Of a stretch of DNA of 64,000 nt, positions 27,980 through 38,240 are shown one piece after another. The stretch covers positions 1-64,000 of the IMG/VR virus record IMGVR_UViG_2926965794_000002; one strand, 5' to 3'. The translations under genes and the position numbers were made by a program. Each line of letters starts with the position of its first letter. Position 1 is the first letter of the stretch. The notes under the pieces were generated by a model that was not told where the DNA came from, searched no databases, and worked only from the letters and a program-made list of their open reading frames with translations. Origin of the DNA: a virus. Taxonomy: Duplodnaviria > Caudoviricetes.

Positions 27980-29116
27980 ATGGGAATATTTCGATTTTTG
28001 CTAGCGCTATGCGTCGTTGTCACGCACGCGCCAGGCAGCCAGCTTTTCGGTCATAGCCTCTTGAGCGGCATCACCGCCGTCCAGGGTTTCTACGTCATCT
28101 CCGGCTTTCTGATCACCATGGTGCTCAACACGCGCGCCGGATATAGCGATGTCAGCCAGTTCTATCTCAGCCGGTACCTTCGGCTGTGGCCCGCCTATGC
28201 AGTCGTGGCGCTGCTGACCCTCATCGTGCTCAAGCGCTCGACTTTCGTCGCCGGCCTCGAACACCTGGATTTTGTCGGCGCCGCGTTCGTCGTGTTCAGC
28301 AACTGTGCGATCTTTTTCCAGGATCTCTACCTGTTTCTCGGCATCAGCCCAGACGGATCACTTTTTCCGACATCGCACTTCGCAACCGAGCCGGGCCCAC
28401 AGTTGAACGGCCTGATGCTGGTTCCCCAAATGTGGAGCGTCGGCGTAGAGCTCACATTCTATGCGATCGCGCCATTCATTTGTCGCTCACCGCTGCGGCT
28501 GCTCGGACTGCTTGCCTTCGGCATCGCCGTTCGCCTGGCAATCGGATACTGGTCGCCGCACGATATCGATCCTTGGCACTACCGCTTTTCACCGGCCGAA
28601 ATGACCATGTTCGCCGCGGGCGGCCTGTCCTACTTTGCCAGCAAGGCGCTTCGGATGGTCCCGGTCGGCATATTGCAGATCGCAGGAGCTTTCACCCTTG
28701 CCGGAGTGGCGTTCATCGTGCTGGCGACGCCACTATCAATCCAGGACTTTTCGCAGACGTTCTTCCTGCTCAATCCGAAAGTGATCCTGCTGATCGCCGT
28801 GTCGTGCCCGCTCCTCTTCGCTGCCTTTCGGACGTCGCGCATCGACAGCATGATCGGCGAGTTGAGCTACCCGATGTATCTCTCTCATCTCTTCGTCTAT
28901 GCGGTGATGAAAGACCATGCGCCGTCGGTGATGACGCCGGACAATTTCGCTTATGTCTGCGCGACAATCATCTTCAGCGCAGCGCTGCTCTGGTTTGTAG
29001 TCTTGCCGGTCGATCGATATCGCAGACGGTTCGGCGCGCGGGTGCCTGATGCAATCGAGGCGACGACCGCCACCGCATCCGGCAAAATACTAACAGGAAC
29101 GCACGGCGCCACGTAG
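27980..29116 (+). CDS. Acyltransferase-3 (OafA/YrhL-like)
   Basis: R..LA..VV.TH, FYVISGFLI, RYLRLWP, WSVGVE..FY, GELSYPMYLSH. Confidence 0.92.
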   Translation: MGIFRFLLALCVVVTHAPGSQLFGHSLLSGITAVQGFYVISGFLITMVLNTRAGYSDVSQFYLSRYLRLWPAYAVVALLTLIVLKRSTFVAGLEHLDFVGAAFVVFSNCAIFFQDLYLFLGISPDGSLFPTSHFATEPGPQLNGLMLVPQMWSVGVELTFYAIAPFICRSPLRLLGLLAFGIAVRLAIGYWSPHDIDPWHYRFSPAEMTMFAAGGLSYFASKALRMVPVGILQIAGAFTLAGVAFIVLATPLSIQDFSQTFFLLNPKVILLIAVSCPLLFAAFRTSRIDSMIGELSYPMYLSHLFVYAVMKDHAPSVMTPDNFAYVCATIIFSAALLWFVVLPVDRYRRRFGARVPDAIEATTATASGKILTGTHGAT

Positions 29117-29238
29117 ATCGCAACCATCCCAACGCGTTCAGGGCCGCGAGGTCGGTCATTTGATACCTCGCCTCGAAGGGGGGCTGTTGCTCGATCAGTG
29201 GTTGTGGTGGTAGTTTCCACTCAGGAATTGCAATTGGA

Positions 29239-29436
29239 ATGGAATTAGCCGTGCAGCAGTACCGTTGGACCAGGATGGACTATCTGATCGTTGCGATCAT
29301 CTTCGGCGGTGGCATCATGCTAGGCTTGTCGTCGATCATTTTTGACTTTGGGCCGAAGTCAAAACTACCGAGTTGCTTCGATGTGGCCGCAAAAGCTGCG
29401 GCGAATCCCGGCAACAAATGTAATCCAGTCTTTTAG
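29239..29436 (+). CDS. Small membrane protein
   Basis: One TM. Confidence 0.4.
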   Translation: MELAVQQYRWTRMDYLIVAIIFGGGIMLGLSSIIFDFGPKSKLPSCFDVAAKAAANPGNKCNPVF

Positions 29437-29507
29437 AACACCTGTGCGCCAGTCGGCGCCGCGGCCAATCCAGGAAGCGTCGTGCCATATGGCAACTTGC
29501 ATAGCAG

Positions 29508-32000
29508 CTACCAACCAATTTGCGCCGCATGATGAGCATCCGCGCGCGCATCAGTGAGTGCGGACTTATAGAAGGCGAATTCGTCAAGACGACCGGTAAG
29601 GCGGAACGTTCCGGGAGACGCGCCGCCGGCAAACGAATTGCCCAGCATCACCAGTTTGGAATTCCGGGTGATGAGGTTTTTAGTAACGGCCAGTGTCTGC
29701 CGAGTTTCTTTGCCGACGACACGGATAAACAGATTGCCGCCGCTGCGGCCTACAATCACGTGATAAAATATATGCACATCCAGCGAAACGGTGCTGCTGA
29801 GAGTAACCGATGTGGCGTCGGCGTACTTCACCAAGAGAACTAGCTTGTTGTTTTGAACGGCAACAAGAAAGCTATTATCGGTGTCACCGTTCGACGTGAC
29901 CCACCCATTTACCAACCATGGGTCATATGATGCCGAAGATGCTGGCAAACTGTCAAACCGCGCCCAGAATTCAAACGTGAAGTCTGAGCCGGCCAAATTC
30001 CAATCAGCGCTAGCAGGCAGCGTGACGTAATCGTCAGCGGAGTTGAGAGCGATACTCGAAGAACCATCGCCGGGCGCACCAGCCATCCCCAAGACAACGG
30101 ACCCCACATAGCCCGCATCGGCACTGGATGTTGAACCGAGATTGGATGCCGTCGTTCCGGCAAATTCATTGAAGTTGTAGTATCTGCTCGGAGCATCCGC
30201 GAGAATTGCGGCCTGATATGCCCGCGTCGGCGTCGCGCGCCAGGTGTCAGGCAACTTATAGTACGCGATATTGCCGCGGCTTATGAACGTTGAGACGTCA
30301 GTATTATTGCCGGACACGTTCGCGTTCTGCGTCAAAATGGACGGAAACGCTGCTCTCGGAAACGCCGTCATCAGAGTCTTCGTTGTTCGGTACTGATGAA
30401 CGTCAGAAATTTCGTTGGTGGTGTTTACTCCTCCCCAGAGTAGTGCGTCCCTGAGAATGCACCATGCAGCATCCATGACAGATACCTGCGCCAGGATGCC
30501 GTCATTAAAATCCGGGGGGAAGGACGCAGCAGTGGAAGCGCCAGGAGCAGATCCGGATGCAACTGTTGCAGACAGTTGCGACAGCGCCATCGCGCGCAAG
30601 GCGTTGATCCGTTGAAAATACAACGCTTTCGGATCAACGTATTTCGGATCGTTCATCACGAGCGCGGGGCGGCAGATATAAAGGAATGCGGTATAGGAGA
30701 TGCTATCCCACGAAATCGTTGTACCTGCCGGAACTTCGAAAGCCTCAGATGCCGCAAGATCGCGATGGAACCAAGACGAAGTACCGCCAGCAATAAGCGC
30801 AGACCACGCATTGAGCACATACAGCGTTTCGCCGGCAGGAACCGTCAGGGAGAACTTGCCTGTGTAATGAACGTACGCAGCGGGATCGAGCATCGCTGCC
30901 TTGCCCAGCCAGTATTTGTACTCTTCGGCTGACAAGGCGGTCCCGGGCTGGCCGCGCTCGCCAACACGATTGAAATTCCAATCAGCGAACGTGCCCGCTC
31001 CCCCGGAGTTGTCGGCCGTCATCGAAATCGTGCCGTTCACCGGATCGTAGGTGCAGACGCCTTCCATCCAATTCGTCGGCGCAGCGTTTGACGACGCACG
31101 CAGCCTGACGCCGTTCTGATAAGACAATCCAACTTGCGTTGAAAACGTCTTCGCACCAACTCCGATTAGTAGTGACGTGGGGCTTGTGCCTTCGGTCGCA
31201 CTTTGACCGATCAGCAACCACTTGCCGGCCGCAAGGTCGGCCGAGAACGTGCCCGACAGATGCGGTACGATGCACTGATAGATGTTCTTGTTAGGACCGA
31301 CGACGATCGAGGCAGGCGGCCCGACGACGTAATTCGTCGCCGTCGCCCAATTCAGCGTTGCCGACCACGGCACCGAGCCTGTATCGCCCTTGTCGCCCTT
31401 CGCAGCTAGCACCTGCCAATAGGTCAGATCAGGCGCTGGATGACCCGAGCCAGGAGTGGGATTGATCCACACATAGGAGGTGCCGGCGGTCGTCTGCACG
31501 TCGCCGGCGGAGTACGTCGTGCCGGCATTGTAAACGCCCTTGAAGCTAAGTCCCTTGTAAAGGCCGAGGAAGGTCCAATCGCCATCCTCCTTCACCCACA
31601 TCTTTCCGGTCGACGGCTGGAGTGCGTACTGACCGTCCGAGGCGTTCAGGGATGGATCCGGGGCCGACAAGGCCGCATCCACGAACCAAAAGAACCCCGT
31701 TACCTTCAGCGCTCCGACCAAGTCGCTGACATCTTGGGCGGCCGATGCGCCAACAACGCGCTGCGGAAACCACTTCCAGATCGTATAGGCGACATCCGTT
31801 TGCGCGCCGCCGCCCCATTGCGGGATGACCAGATGGGTGACATCCGTGACGTCGGAAATGATCGTCTGGAAGCTGCCGACCTGCAGAATGTCACCAGGTC
31901 GCACATTGACGCCTGACCAGATCGTGCCGGTGCCGGTCACGGTGGTGCCGTTGGCGGCAATAGTGACTGTGCCGGTGGAATAACTGGCAAGCGCCGTCAT
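29508..32000 (-). CDS. Tail fiber/receptor-binding protein with C-terminal LamG/ConA-like domain
   Basis: YSTGTVT...TVTGTGT.W N-terminus; collagen-like linkers; DFTFEFW and G.LDEFAFY. Confidence 0.85.
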   Translation of the reverse strand: MTALASYSTGTVTIAANGTTVTGTGTIWSGVNVRPGDILQVGSFQTIISDVTDVTHLVIPQWGGGAQTDVAYTIWKWFPQRVVGASAAQDVSDLVGALKVTGFFWFVDAALSAPDPSLNASDGQYALQPSTGKMWVKEDGDWTFLGLYKGLSFKGVYNAGTTYSAGDVQTTAGTSYVWINPTPGSGHPAPDLTYWQVLAAKGDKGDTGSVPWSATLNWATATNYVVGPPASIVVGPNKNIYQCIVPHLSGTFSADLAAGKWLLIGQSATEGTSPTSLLIGVGAKTFSTQVGLSYQNGVRLRASSNAAPTNWMEGVCTYDPVNGTISMTADNSGGAGTFADWNFNRVGERGQPGTALSAEEYKYWLGKAAMLDPAAYVHYTGKFSLTVPAGETLYVLNAWSALIAGGTSSWFHRDLAASEAFEVPAGTTISWDSISYTAFLYICRPALVMNDPKYVDPKALYFQRINALRAMALSQLSATVASGSAPGASTAASFPPDFNDGILAQVSVMDAAWCILRDALLWGGVNTTNEISDVHQYRTTKTLMTAFPRAAFPSILTQNANVSGNNTDVSTFISRGNIAYYKLPDTWRATPTRAYQAAILADAPSRYYNFNEFAGTTASNLGSTSSADAGYVGSVVLGMAGAPGDGSSSIALNSADDYVTLPASADWNLAGSDFTFEFWARFDSLPASSASYDPWLVNGWVTSNGDTDNSFLVAVQNNKLVLLVKYADATSVTLSSTVSLDVHIFYHVIVGRSGGNLFIRVVGKETRQTLAVTKNLITRNSKLVMLGNSFAGGASPGTFRLTGRLDEFAFYKSALTDARADAHHAAQIGW

Positions 32001-32068
32001 CTCGAGAACCTCTCGACTGAAACTTCTTCGTGGTTGCTGGACTGGAGCCGCTATCGGCTCCGCGCGGG

Positions 32069-32437
32069 TTACGGCAGCAAGGCCATCCGCTGATCCTCGT
32101 AATGTGCCGGGACGCCGCTATCCTCGAGGATCTTGTTCAACTCTTCCAAGGTCTGCGCATTGCGAGCGGCCACGAGGAGTGCCCTGCGCTTGTTTTCCTT
32201 GATCATGAGGTCGTCAGGCTTCGCGAGGATGATGGCCGCGAGCTCCTGCGCTGTCTTGCCCTCGATCTTCGCAGCCTCTTCGAACTCGACGGTCGGTGCC
32301 GCACCGCTCTGGACAGCCAACGCTAGCATGTGCTTGCGCGAATGCGCGACGTCGTGACCGTCGACCATGAGGAACGCGTTGATCCGACGCTCCGCTCGCT
32401 TCTTCTCCTGGACGAGCGGCGAGATGCTGAGCTTCAT
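32069..32437 (-). CDS. Tail fiber-associated protein (DUF4376-like)
   Basis: Position; ARNAQTLEEL motif. Confidence 0.55.
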   Translation of the reverse strand: MKLSISPLVQEKKRAERRINAFLMVDGHDVAHSRKHMLALAVQSGAAPTVEFEEAAKIEGKTAQELAAIILAKPDDLMIKENKRRALLVAARNAQTLEELNKILEDSGVPAHYEDQRMALLP

Positions 32438-33000
32438 TGCGCCAGCACCTCGAAGACTCCGACCTTGTAGGGCTGCCCCGGGACGATAGTCACCCTAAAC
32501 GTGCCGACCTGGTCGATCGCGAACTCGATGCCGCCGTCGGTGACGTCTTCCTGGTGGACCAGCTTGTTATCGTACCAGACATAAACCGTGAACTTTTCCG
32601 GCTGGACCGTCAGATGCAGAGCGTCGATACCGTCCGCCTTGATCGGTCGAATCTCACCAGTGATGACCACTTCCGGCTTCGGCAGGACCTCCTTCGGGTC
32701 TTTTGTGACGTCCACGTAGGCCTCTCTGATATCGACCGGGCCGTCGTACAGCATGTGATCGATCCCAGCCGTGGTATACGCCGCGGAAATTTCCTCCATG
32801 GGCCTTTCGGCATCGAGAATGACCTGGGTAATAACCCCGCTTGCGTCGTGCCTGATGAGCGTCTTGGTCTTGTTGATCGCTTCCGGCTCCTCGACCCCGG
32901 CCGCAATGGCTTCCGGACTTAGCGGGACTGCCTGTCCGCCGGCATCAGCGGGTGTGTAGCCAGGAACAGCCCATGCCGCGTCGAGTGTCACTCCTGTCAT
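32434..33000 (-). CDS. Tail protein, hypothetical
   Basis: Coupled ORF in tail module. Confidence 0.65.
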   Translation of the reverse strand: MTGVTLDAAWAVPGYTPADAGGQAVPLSPEAIAAGVEEPEAINKTKTLIRHDASGVITQVILDAERPMEEISAAYTTAGIDHMLYDGPVDIREAYVDVTKDPKEVLPKPEVVITGEIRPIKADGIDALHLTVQPEKFTVYVWYDNKLVHQEDVTDGGIEFAIDQVGTFRVTIVPGQPYKVGVFEVLAQ

Positions 33001-33401
33001 CCTGCAATTCTCCTGAACAGCGAGAAGTAGAGCCGTCCCTGCTGGTTGCCGAACTTGAACCGGAACACGATGGCCGACGTCGTCACGGCAGCGTAGATCC
33101 AAAAGTCCGTACCGCTGCCGCGAAAGGACTCGCACATGAGGTACTGCGCGCCCGGGTTCAGAAGAATGCTCGGATCGCAATAGCCGAGCATGAACGGCGG
33201 CGCGTCGAGCGTCTCTCCGAAGTTCAGCTGAGCAGTGCTGTCGTTGATGCTGTCCAGGGTGCCGCTCAAATAGAACTGGTGACCCGACCAGCGGGAATCA
33301 AAGACTGTCTGATCGAGATTGGCGACGCTCGCATCGATCCCCGGCTTGCTGACGACGAGTTTTGCGCCGGCTCCGCCCTGCAATAGGACCCGCTGCGTCA
33401 C
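32997..33401 (-). CDS. Minor tail protein
   Basis: VSKPG.D...FDSR motif shared with neighbours. Confidence 0.7.
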   Translation of the reverse strand: MTQRVLLQGGAGAKLVVSKPGIDASVANLDQTVFDSRWSGHQFYLSGTLDSINDSTAQLNFGETLDAPPFMLGYCDPSILLNPGAQYLMCESFRGSGTDFWIYAAVTTSAIVFRFKFGNQQGRLYFSLFRRIAG

Positions 33402-33838
33402 CCGAGGCTCCTATTGAAGATCATGTAGTCCACGTAGATGCCGTAGGACTCCGAGATGGTGTTGTTGAATGTCAGCGAGTTGGTTGAAATCCGGAAGCCG
33501 TTCGTGATCTCGTAGTAGACGACACCGCCGATGGTGAGGTCCCGCGGCATGGCCATATCGAGTCGATACGGGTAAGAAACAACGCCCGAGTCGATGTACG
33601 TTCTGAACGCAACATAGGGATTCTGCGGAAGCGTCACCGTAAAAGGGATATTTACGTCACCGCTCAATGGCGGCAGAAAAACGCTGCCAGACAAAATGAC
33701 TTGTTCATTCTTGGTGTCCGGCTTGAGAAGGAAGTCGCCCGGCACTGTAGCCGTAACGACGTCAACCCCCGGTCGCGACAACCATACGCCGTAACCGCCG
33801 AGGCTTGGATGCAAGCCCATGAGGAAGCGCCGAGCCAT
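33398..33838 (-). CDS. Minor tail protein
   Basis: LSRPGVDV motif. Confidence 0.7.
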   Translation of the reverse strand: MARRFLMGLHPSLGGYGVWLSRPGVDVVTATVPGDFLLKPDTKNEQVILSGSVFLPPLSGDVNIPFTVTLPQNPYVAFRTYIDSGVVSYPYRLDMAMPRDLTIGGVVYYEITNGFRISTNSLTFNNTISESYGIYVDYMIFNRSLG

Positions 33839-34275
33839 CACTGAACCTGCCAAGCGACATAGAACAGGGTGACAGATGCCCCGTACAGCCGCGAATGCCT
33901 ATAGGTGAACAGGCCAGAGTCAGTTGCGGTAAATCCGTTCGTTTCACACAGCACCGCGAACGGCACCCGCTGAATCGCGGTGCTACTGTTCGCATCGCGC
34001 ATAACAATCGATTGATTGTATGCGGCCATGCCCGAGTTGAGACCGTACGCAATGATGTCGACAGCGGGCGGCTTCGGATAGGTGGTCGTGTAGAAGACCT
34101 TCCCGCTCACCAGGAAGCTGTAACCCGGCAAAATTCCGACCTCTAGTGGACGCCCCTGATTGAGACGACTGTCCAGCGAGAGGTACTTGTAGTCGACTGC
34201 CGGTGGCGACTGCGCATCGAAGCCGGGCTTTGATACGGTCACCCGGGTTGAATCAATGTAGATCCGGACGGACAC
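33838..34275 (-). CDS. Minor tail protein
   Basis: VSKPGFDA...LDSR motif. Confidence 0.7.
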   Translation of the reverse strand: MSVRIYIDSTRVTVSKPGFDAQSPPAVDYKYLSLDSRLNQGRPLEVGILPGYSFLVSGKVFYTTTYPKPPAVDIIAYGLNSGMAAYNQSIVMRDANSSTAIQRVPFAVLCETNGFTATDSGLFTYRHSRLYGASVTLFYVAWQVQ

Positions 34276-34281
34276 CGCCCA

Positions 34282-37200
34282 TCACTCCGAGATAATGAGG
34301 GTGCCGGCCGTCAGGTTGAAGACCACCTTGCCATCCGAGCTCTGGATGATGCCGGCCGTGAGCGTGCCGACGTTCGCCGTGATAGCGCTCAGGACACCGA
34401 TGTTCATCATGCGGGCCGTGACGGTCCCGTCGAGGTACATATTCGCCGTGATACCGATCGAGGCGACCCCGGCGATGGTACCGACGGTGAAGACGGGCGT
34501 CGGCGCTCCGCCATTGTAGCCAGGCAACTGGATCTGGAATTTATCGGCGACCACAGTGAATGCCGAGGTTCCCGATCCGCCGTTCACAAGTTGAATGCCT
34601 GAGATGTAGCCGTTCACGTTCAGCGTGAGCGACCATGCCGCGGCGGCGTAACCATCCAACGTAGCGATAGCCGTGGAATGTTCATCGATAGACGCGCTGA
34701 CATCACCGAACTGCGCGGTGACCGTTGTTTCGAAGTCAGCGAGGGCTTCCTGGGTGCTCACCGCGACCGTCTGCACGACGGCGATCGCAGCGAATGCTGC
34801 GCCGGATCGCGCTGAAATCTCGGTGCGAACTTTCTGCTGGTCCAGCCAGTTGCGCGCGTCCTGATTGCCGACCAGCGTCGAGATCCGCTGCAACGCCTCA
34901 TTGATCTCGTCGTTGAGTTGGTCGGTCACCTCCGTGACCTGCTTCTTCAAGGCGGCATTGAACGACTCGAGCGTGACGAGACCCGGGGACAGTTTGACCG
35001 TCGGGGCATCGAGCTCGACGGTTGAGTACGCGCCGCGCATGGTCGCATTGACGGCCTGCACCCGAAGCGTTGCGGCAGCCAGGCTGACGATGATGTCGAA
35101 TTGGTTCTCGGCGCCCTCGTAGACCTGGGTCCAGCTCTTGCCGTCGTCGTAGGAGATGCCGGCGACATAGTAGATTGCGCCTTCGGTCGGGAACCAACTG
35201 GCGAACAGTCGAGGTTCGGCGGTGCCTTGGCTGATGTAGGCATTCAGGCCGTAGACCAACGGTACCTTGTCGTTCGACGGGTACTGCGCGCTCGGCAGCA
35301 CCGGCGGCGTTCCGAGATCGGTTGCGTGGACACGCTCGTCATCGACCACCAGGCTGAGCGAGCAGGTATCGCCGTTCGGCGAACCGTTGAGCACGAGGCA
35401 GAGCTTCGACGAACTCTCACCGGTACCGAGTTCGAAGGACGGCGGCTCGCCGCCATCCTCTCGGGCCAGGACGTCTGGCAGCGTGATCGACTGCGACGAT
35501 TCCGCTGCCCCCAGACTGGCTGGGTTGAGGTTCGCGATCGCGGCGTTGGCGCCTTCGGTGCACAGCACCGGGCCGAAGAACTTGCCGTTCGGACGGCGCA
35601 GCCGGATGTAAAACGGACCGCTATCCCATGTCGGAGCCGGATCCAGCGTCAGAGCATAACCGGCGGCGCCGACCACGGCACCGCCGTAGCCGTAGGCTTG
35701 CGGCAATTCGGACTGCACCCGAACAACCGAACCGAGCGTGATCGCCCTGCCCTCGTACTCGACGCCGATCGTGACGTTCTCGCGCCGATAGAAGGATTGG
35801 AGATAGACGAAAGCGCACTCGCGGAAGGCCTGGTCGCGATTGATGACACCGTCCAAGCGGATCGTGGTGGCATTCAGCGAGGTGAAGGTGTCGCTGTTCG
35901 GCGGATATTGCACCTGCGCCGGCTGCCAAGTGTTCTCGTCGACGTATTCGAGGATGACCGCATCCGGATCTTCCTCGCCGAGCATCGTGAAGTCGATCGC
36001 GGTCGAATCCCGCACGATCTCCCGATCGGTCAGCAGCATGGTCGGGACGTCGCGCCACTCGTCGCGGACAATCGACACGGTGTCCCCGAGCCAGAAATGC
36101 TTCGCTCTCGAGACGCCGAGGATCTTGTCGAAAGCGTCCGGCACCGCCACAGCGGAATCGAACCGGAAGTCGAACGTGTCGTTCCGGCTCGTGCAGCCCG
36201 CTGCAAAATCGACGACAGCGTTGAAATCGACCTTCGAGATGCCGAGGCCGGACCCATATTGCGTGTTCGCCACGGAGTCGAAGAATGCCCATCCGGGATT
36301 CCGCGTTGCCTGCAACACGAACGCCGATCCGCTCCAGACCTGCAGCTTGCGGGTAGCCAGAACGCCAAATTTGTAAGAGCCCTGCGTCGACTGAGACGCC
36401 TTGAGCCGGATTGCCATGGTCGAGACGTCGGGGAACGAGTTGTTGCCCTTCAGGAACGAGCGGAGGCCGGCCCAGATGACTGAATTCGAGCCGGCGGTGC
36501 CGGCGAGCTCGGCGTCTTCCCGGCGGAAGCGGACCAGATATCGGCCCGGGAACACGTCGACCTTCACGCTATTGCGAACCGGCGCTTGTGACGCGTACTG
36601 GAAGGTGGTCGAGAACAGCGGATTGAACGGTCCGGTTTGAGTGCCGGCGTCATCGCAGGTCGCGTATTCGGCCGTCAGCCAAACGTTCGAAAAGCCGATC
36701 GAACTGTCCTTGCCGCTGACCGTGAAGCAGCCGGCTGGAAACGCGAAGTCAACGGCGATCGACTGCGCCTGCGTTCCCGCTGGGTTGGCGACGAATGGTC
36801 CGATCCATGCGCCAGGCGTCCGCGCCGACGGGCCAAAGGCGTTGCCGTTCTGATCGAACTGACCACCAGAGGTGCCGGTCCCCGACGGCAGCTGTTGCCC
36901 GTTGACCTCGATTGACTGGTCGACGTTGGTCGGAAAGAGCGTGACGGTTGCGCCCGGCTCGTAAAATTCGACCTGCGCCCCGGCGAACGAGGCTGATATG
37001 CCGTTCGTCGAGTCCCAGAACACCGTGTCGTCGACGTAGATCTTCTCGTAGGACATGCTGCCCATCGAGACCGAGAGCAGCAGGTTGAGATATTGATCGT
37101 TGCCGACGAACTCGGCCCATGGCGTCGCTGCGAAGTCCGGGAAGGCCTTCAGACGGCCGTACCAGACCGGCAGCGGCTGTCCCAGCTTGGCAACGTTGCC

Positions 37201-37785
37201 CTGGGCCGTCACCGAATAGATCTGATCCGGCGTCGAGCTCGGCGAGTTCGTCGCGCCAGCCTTGGGCAGGATCAGGGCATTGACGAGCAGTGTGCCGCCG
37301 ATTGCGAGGCCGGCCCCCAGCGCCGTCGCGCCGAAGCTGCCCGCGGTGAGACCAAACAGGCCGACCGGCGCCCAGAGAGCGAATGCCGACACCGCCACCA
37401 GTGCGACAATGCCGATGATCTGCTTGACCGCGTTGCCGCCCTGCCCGCCGCCCCGCGGGAAACTCATGAAGCGGACCTGATCCGCGGCACCGATCCGCCG
37501 GCGCCGCCAATCCTGGCGCAGCACCGCCTCGCCGTTGATCTCGAGGATGGTCGGCAACCCCTTCGCAAACTGCCAGCCGTAGGCGCGATCGTGCCAGGCC
37601 CAGCCGGTGCGGCGCAGGAAGCTGGTCACGGTCTCTCGCGCGCGCGGCTCGGCGCGCGCGACCTCGAGGCCAGGCATGACGAGATGCACGACCGGCCGGC
37701 GAGTAGAGTCGCTCCGGCGCGATCGGCGCACGCGGGAGCGCTCCGCCGGCAGGTTCTGCGGCAGTTTGGGAAGAGGCGCGTGCAT
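34282..37785 (-). CDS. Tail tip/host-specificity protein J-like
   Basis: GQPLPVWYG, TRNPGWA, C-terminal DUF1983-like NGYISGIQL..ADKF. Confidence 0.88.
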   Translation of the reverse strand: MHAPLPKLPQNLPAERSRVRRSRRSDSTRRPVVHLVMPGLEVARAEPRARETVTSFLRRTGWAWHDRAYGWQFAKGLPTILEINGEAVLRQDWRRRRIGAADQVRFMSFPRGGGQGGNAVKQIIGIVALVAVSAFALWAPVGLFGLTAGSFGATALGAGLAIGGTLLVNALILPKAGATNSPSSTPDQIYSVTAQGNVAKLGQPLPVWYGRLKAFPDFAATPWAEFVGNDQYLNLLLSVSMGSMSYEKIYVDDTVFWDSTNGISASFAGAQVEFYEPGATVTLFPTNVDQSIEVNGQQLPSGTGTSGGQFDQNGNAFGPSARTPGAWIGPFVANPAGTQAQSIAVDFAFPAGCFTVSGKDSSIGFSNVWLTAEYATCDDAGTQTGPFNPLFSTTFQYASQAPVRNSVKVDVFPGRYLVRFRREDAELAGTAGSNSVIWAGLRSFLKGNNSFPDVSTMAIRLKASQSTQGSYKFGVLATRKLQVWSGSAFVLQATRNPGWAFFDSVANTQYGSGLGISKVDFNAVVDFAAGCTSRNDTFDFRFDSAVAVPDAFDKILGVSRAKHFWLGDTVSIVRDEWRDVPTMLLTDREIVRDSTAIDFTMLGEEDPDAVILEYVDENTWQPAQVQYPPNSDTFTSLNATTIRLDGVINRDQAFRECAFVYLQSFYRRENVTIGVEYEGRAITLGSVVRVQSELPQAYGYGGAVVGAAGYALTLDPAPTWDSGPFYIRLRRPNGKFFGPVLCTEGANAAIANLNPASLGAAESSQSITLPDVLAREDGGEPPSFELGTGESSSKLCLVLNGSPNGDTCSLSLVVDDERVHATDLGTPPVLPSAQYPSNDKVPLVYGLNAYISQGTAEPRLFASWFPTEGAIYYVAGISYDDGKSWTQVYEGAENQFDIIVSLAAATLRVQAVNATMRGAYSTVELDAPTVKLSPGLVTLESFNAALKKQVTEVTDQLNDEINEALQRISTLVGNQDARNWLDQQKVRTEISARSGAAFAAIAVVQTVAVSTQEALADFETTVTAQFGDVSASIDEHSTAIATLDGYAAAAWSLTLNVNGYISGIQLVNGGSGTSAFTVVADKFQIQLPGYNGGAPTPVFTVGTIAGVASIGITANMYLDGTVTARMMNIGVLSAITANVGTLTAGIIQSSDGKVVFNLTAGTLIISE

Positions 37786-37790
37786 TTCGG

Positions 37791-37979
37791 CTATGCTGCT
37801 GGCGTCACGACTGGCTGGGCGACGGTGAACTTCGAGACTTCAGCCGCTGGCCCAACGATCTGATAGGTCCCTGGCCGCATCTTCTGAATGGAGCTCTCGG
37901 CTTCGGCCTGGGAATTGAACGGTCCAAAGACCGTCGGGACCAGCGAAGCGGACCGAGCGGTGTTCACGACGAAGAACAT
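37791..37979 (-). CDS. Small hypothetical protein
   Basis: GAGGA RBS. Confidence 0.55.
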   Translation of the reverse strand: MFFVVNTARSASLVPTVFGPFNSQAEAESSIQKMRPGTYQIVGPAAEVSKFTVAQPVVTPAA

Positions 37980-37988
37980 GCGTGGTCC

Positions 37989-38237
37989 TCAGATCTCGGA
38001 CAGGCGCGCCGCTGTTACCGGCCCGTCAATGAAGAGATCGTCACGGATCGATATCGTCCCGGTGGCAAAATCGATCGACCACCTTACGTCCGGCGATCGT
38101 ATCGTGCCCGCGGCCAAGGTTCCGGCGTTGGCATCAATGGCCCGCGGCCCAACCGCAGTTGGAGACGCGGTCTTCGCGAGCGCTGGCCCCAGGACAGGCG
38201 CGGCAAACAATGCGGCGAGGAATGAACGACGGCGCAT
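37989..38237 (-). CDS. Small protein with a Tat-like signal and similarity to the J C-terminus
   Basis: MRRRSFLAALFAAPVLGPALA; ANAGTLAAGTIRSPD. Confidence 0.65.
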   Translation of the reverse strand: MRRRSFLAALFAAPVLGPALAKTASPTAVGPRAIDANAGTLAAGTIRSPDVRWSIDFATGTISIRDDLFIDGPVTAARLSEI

Positions 38238-38240
38238 GGG

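Noticed and set aside
29508-37785. Diversity-generating retroelement or invertible fiber system
   Set aside because: No reverse transcriptase, invertase or nucleotide-level TR/VR pair seen in the window
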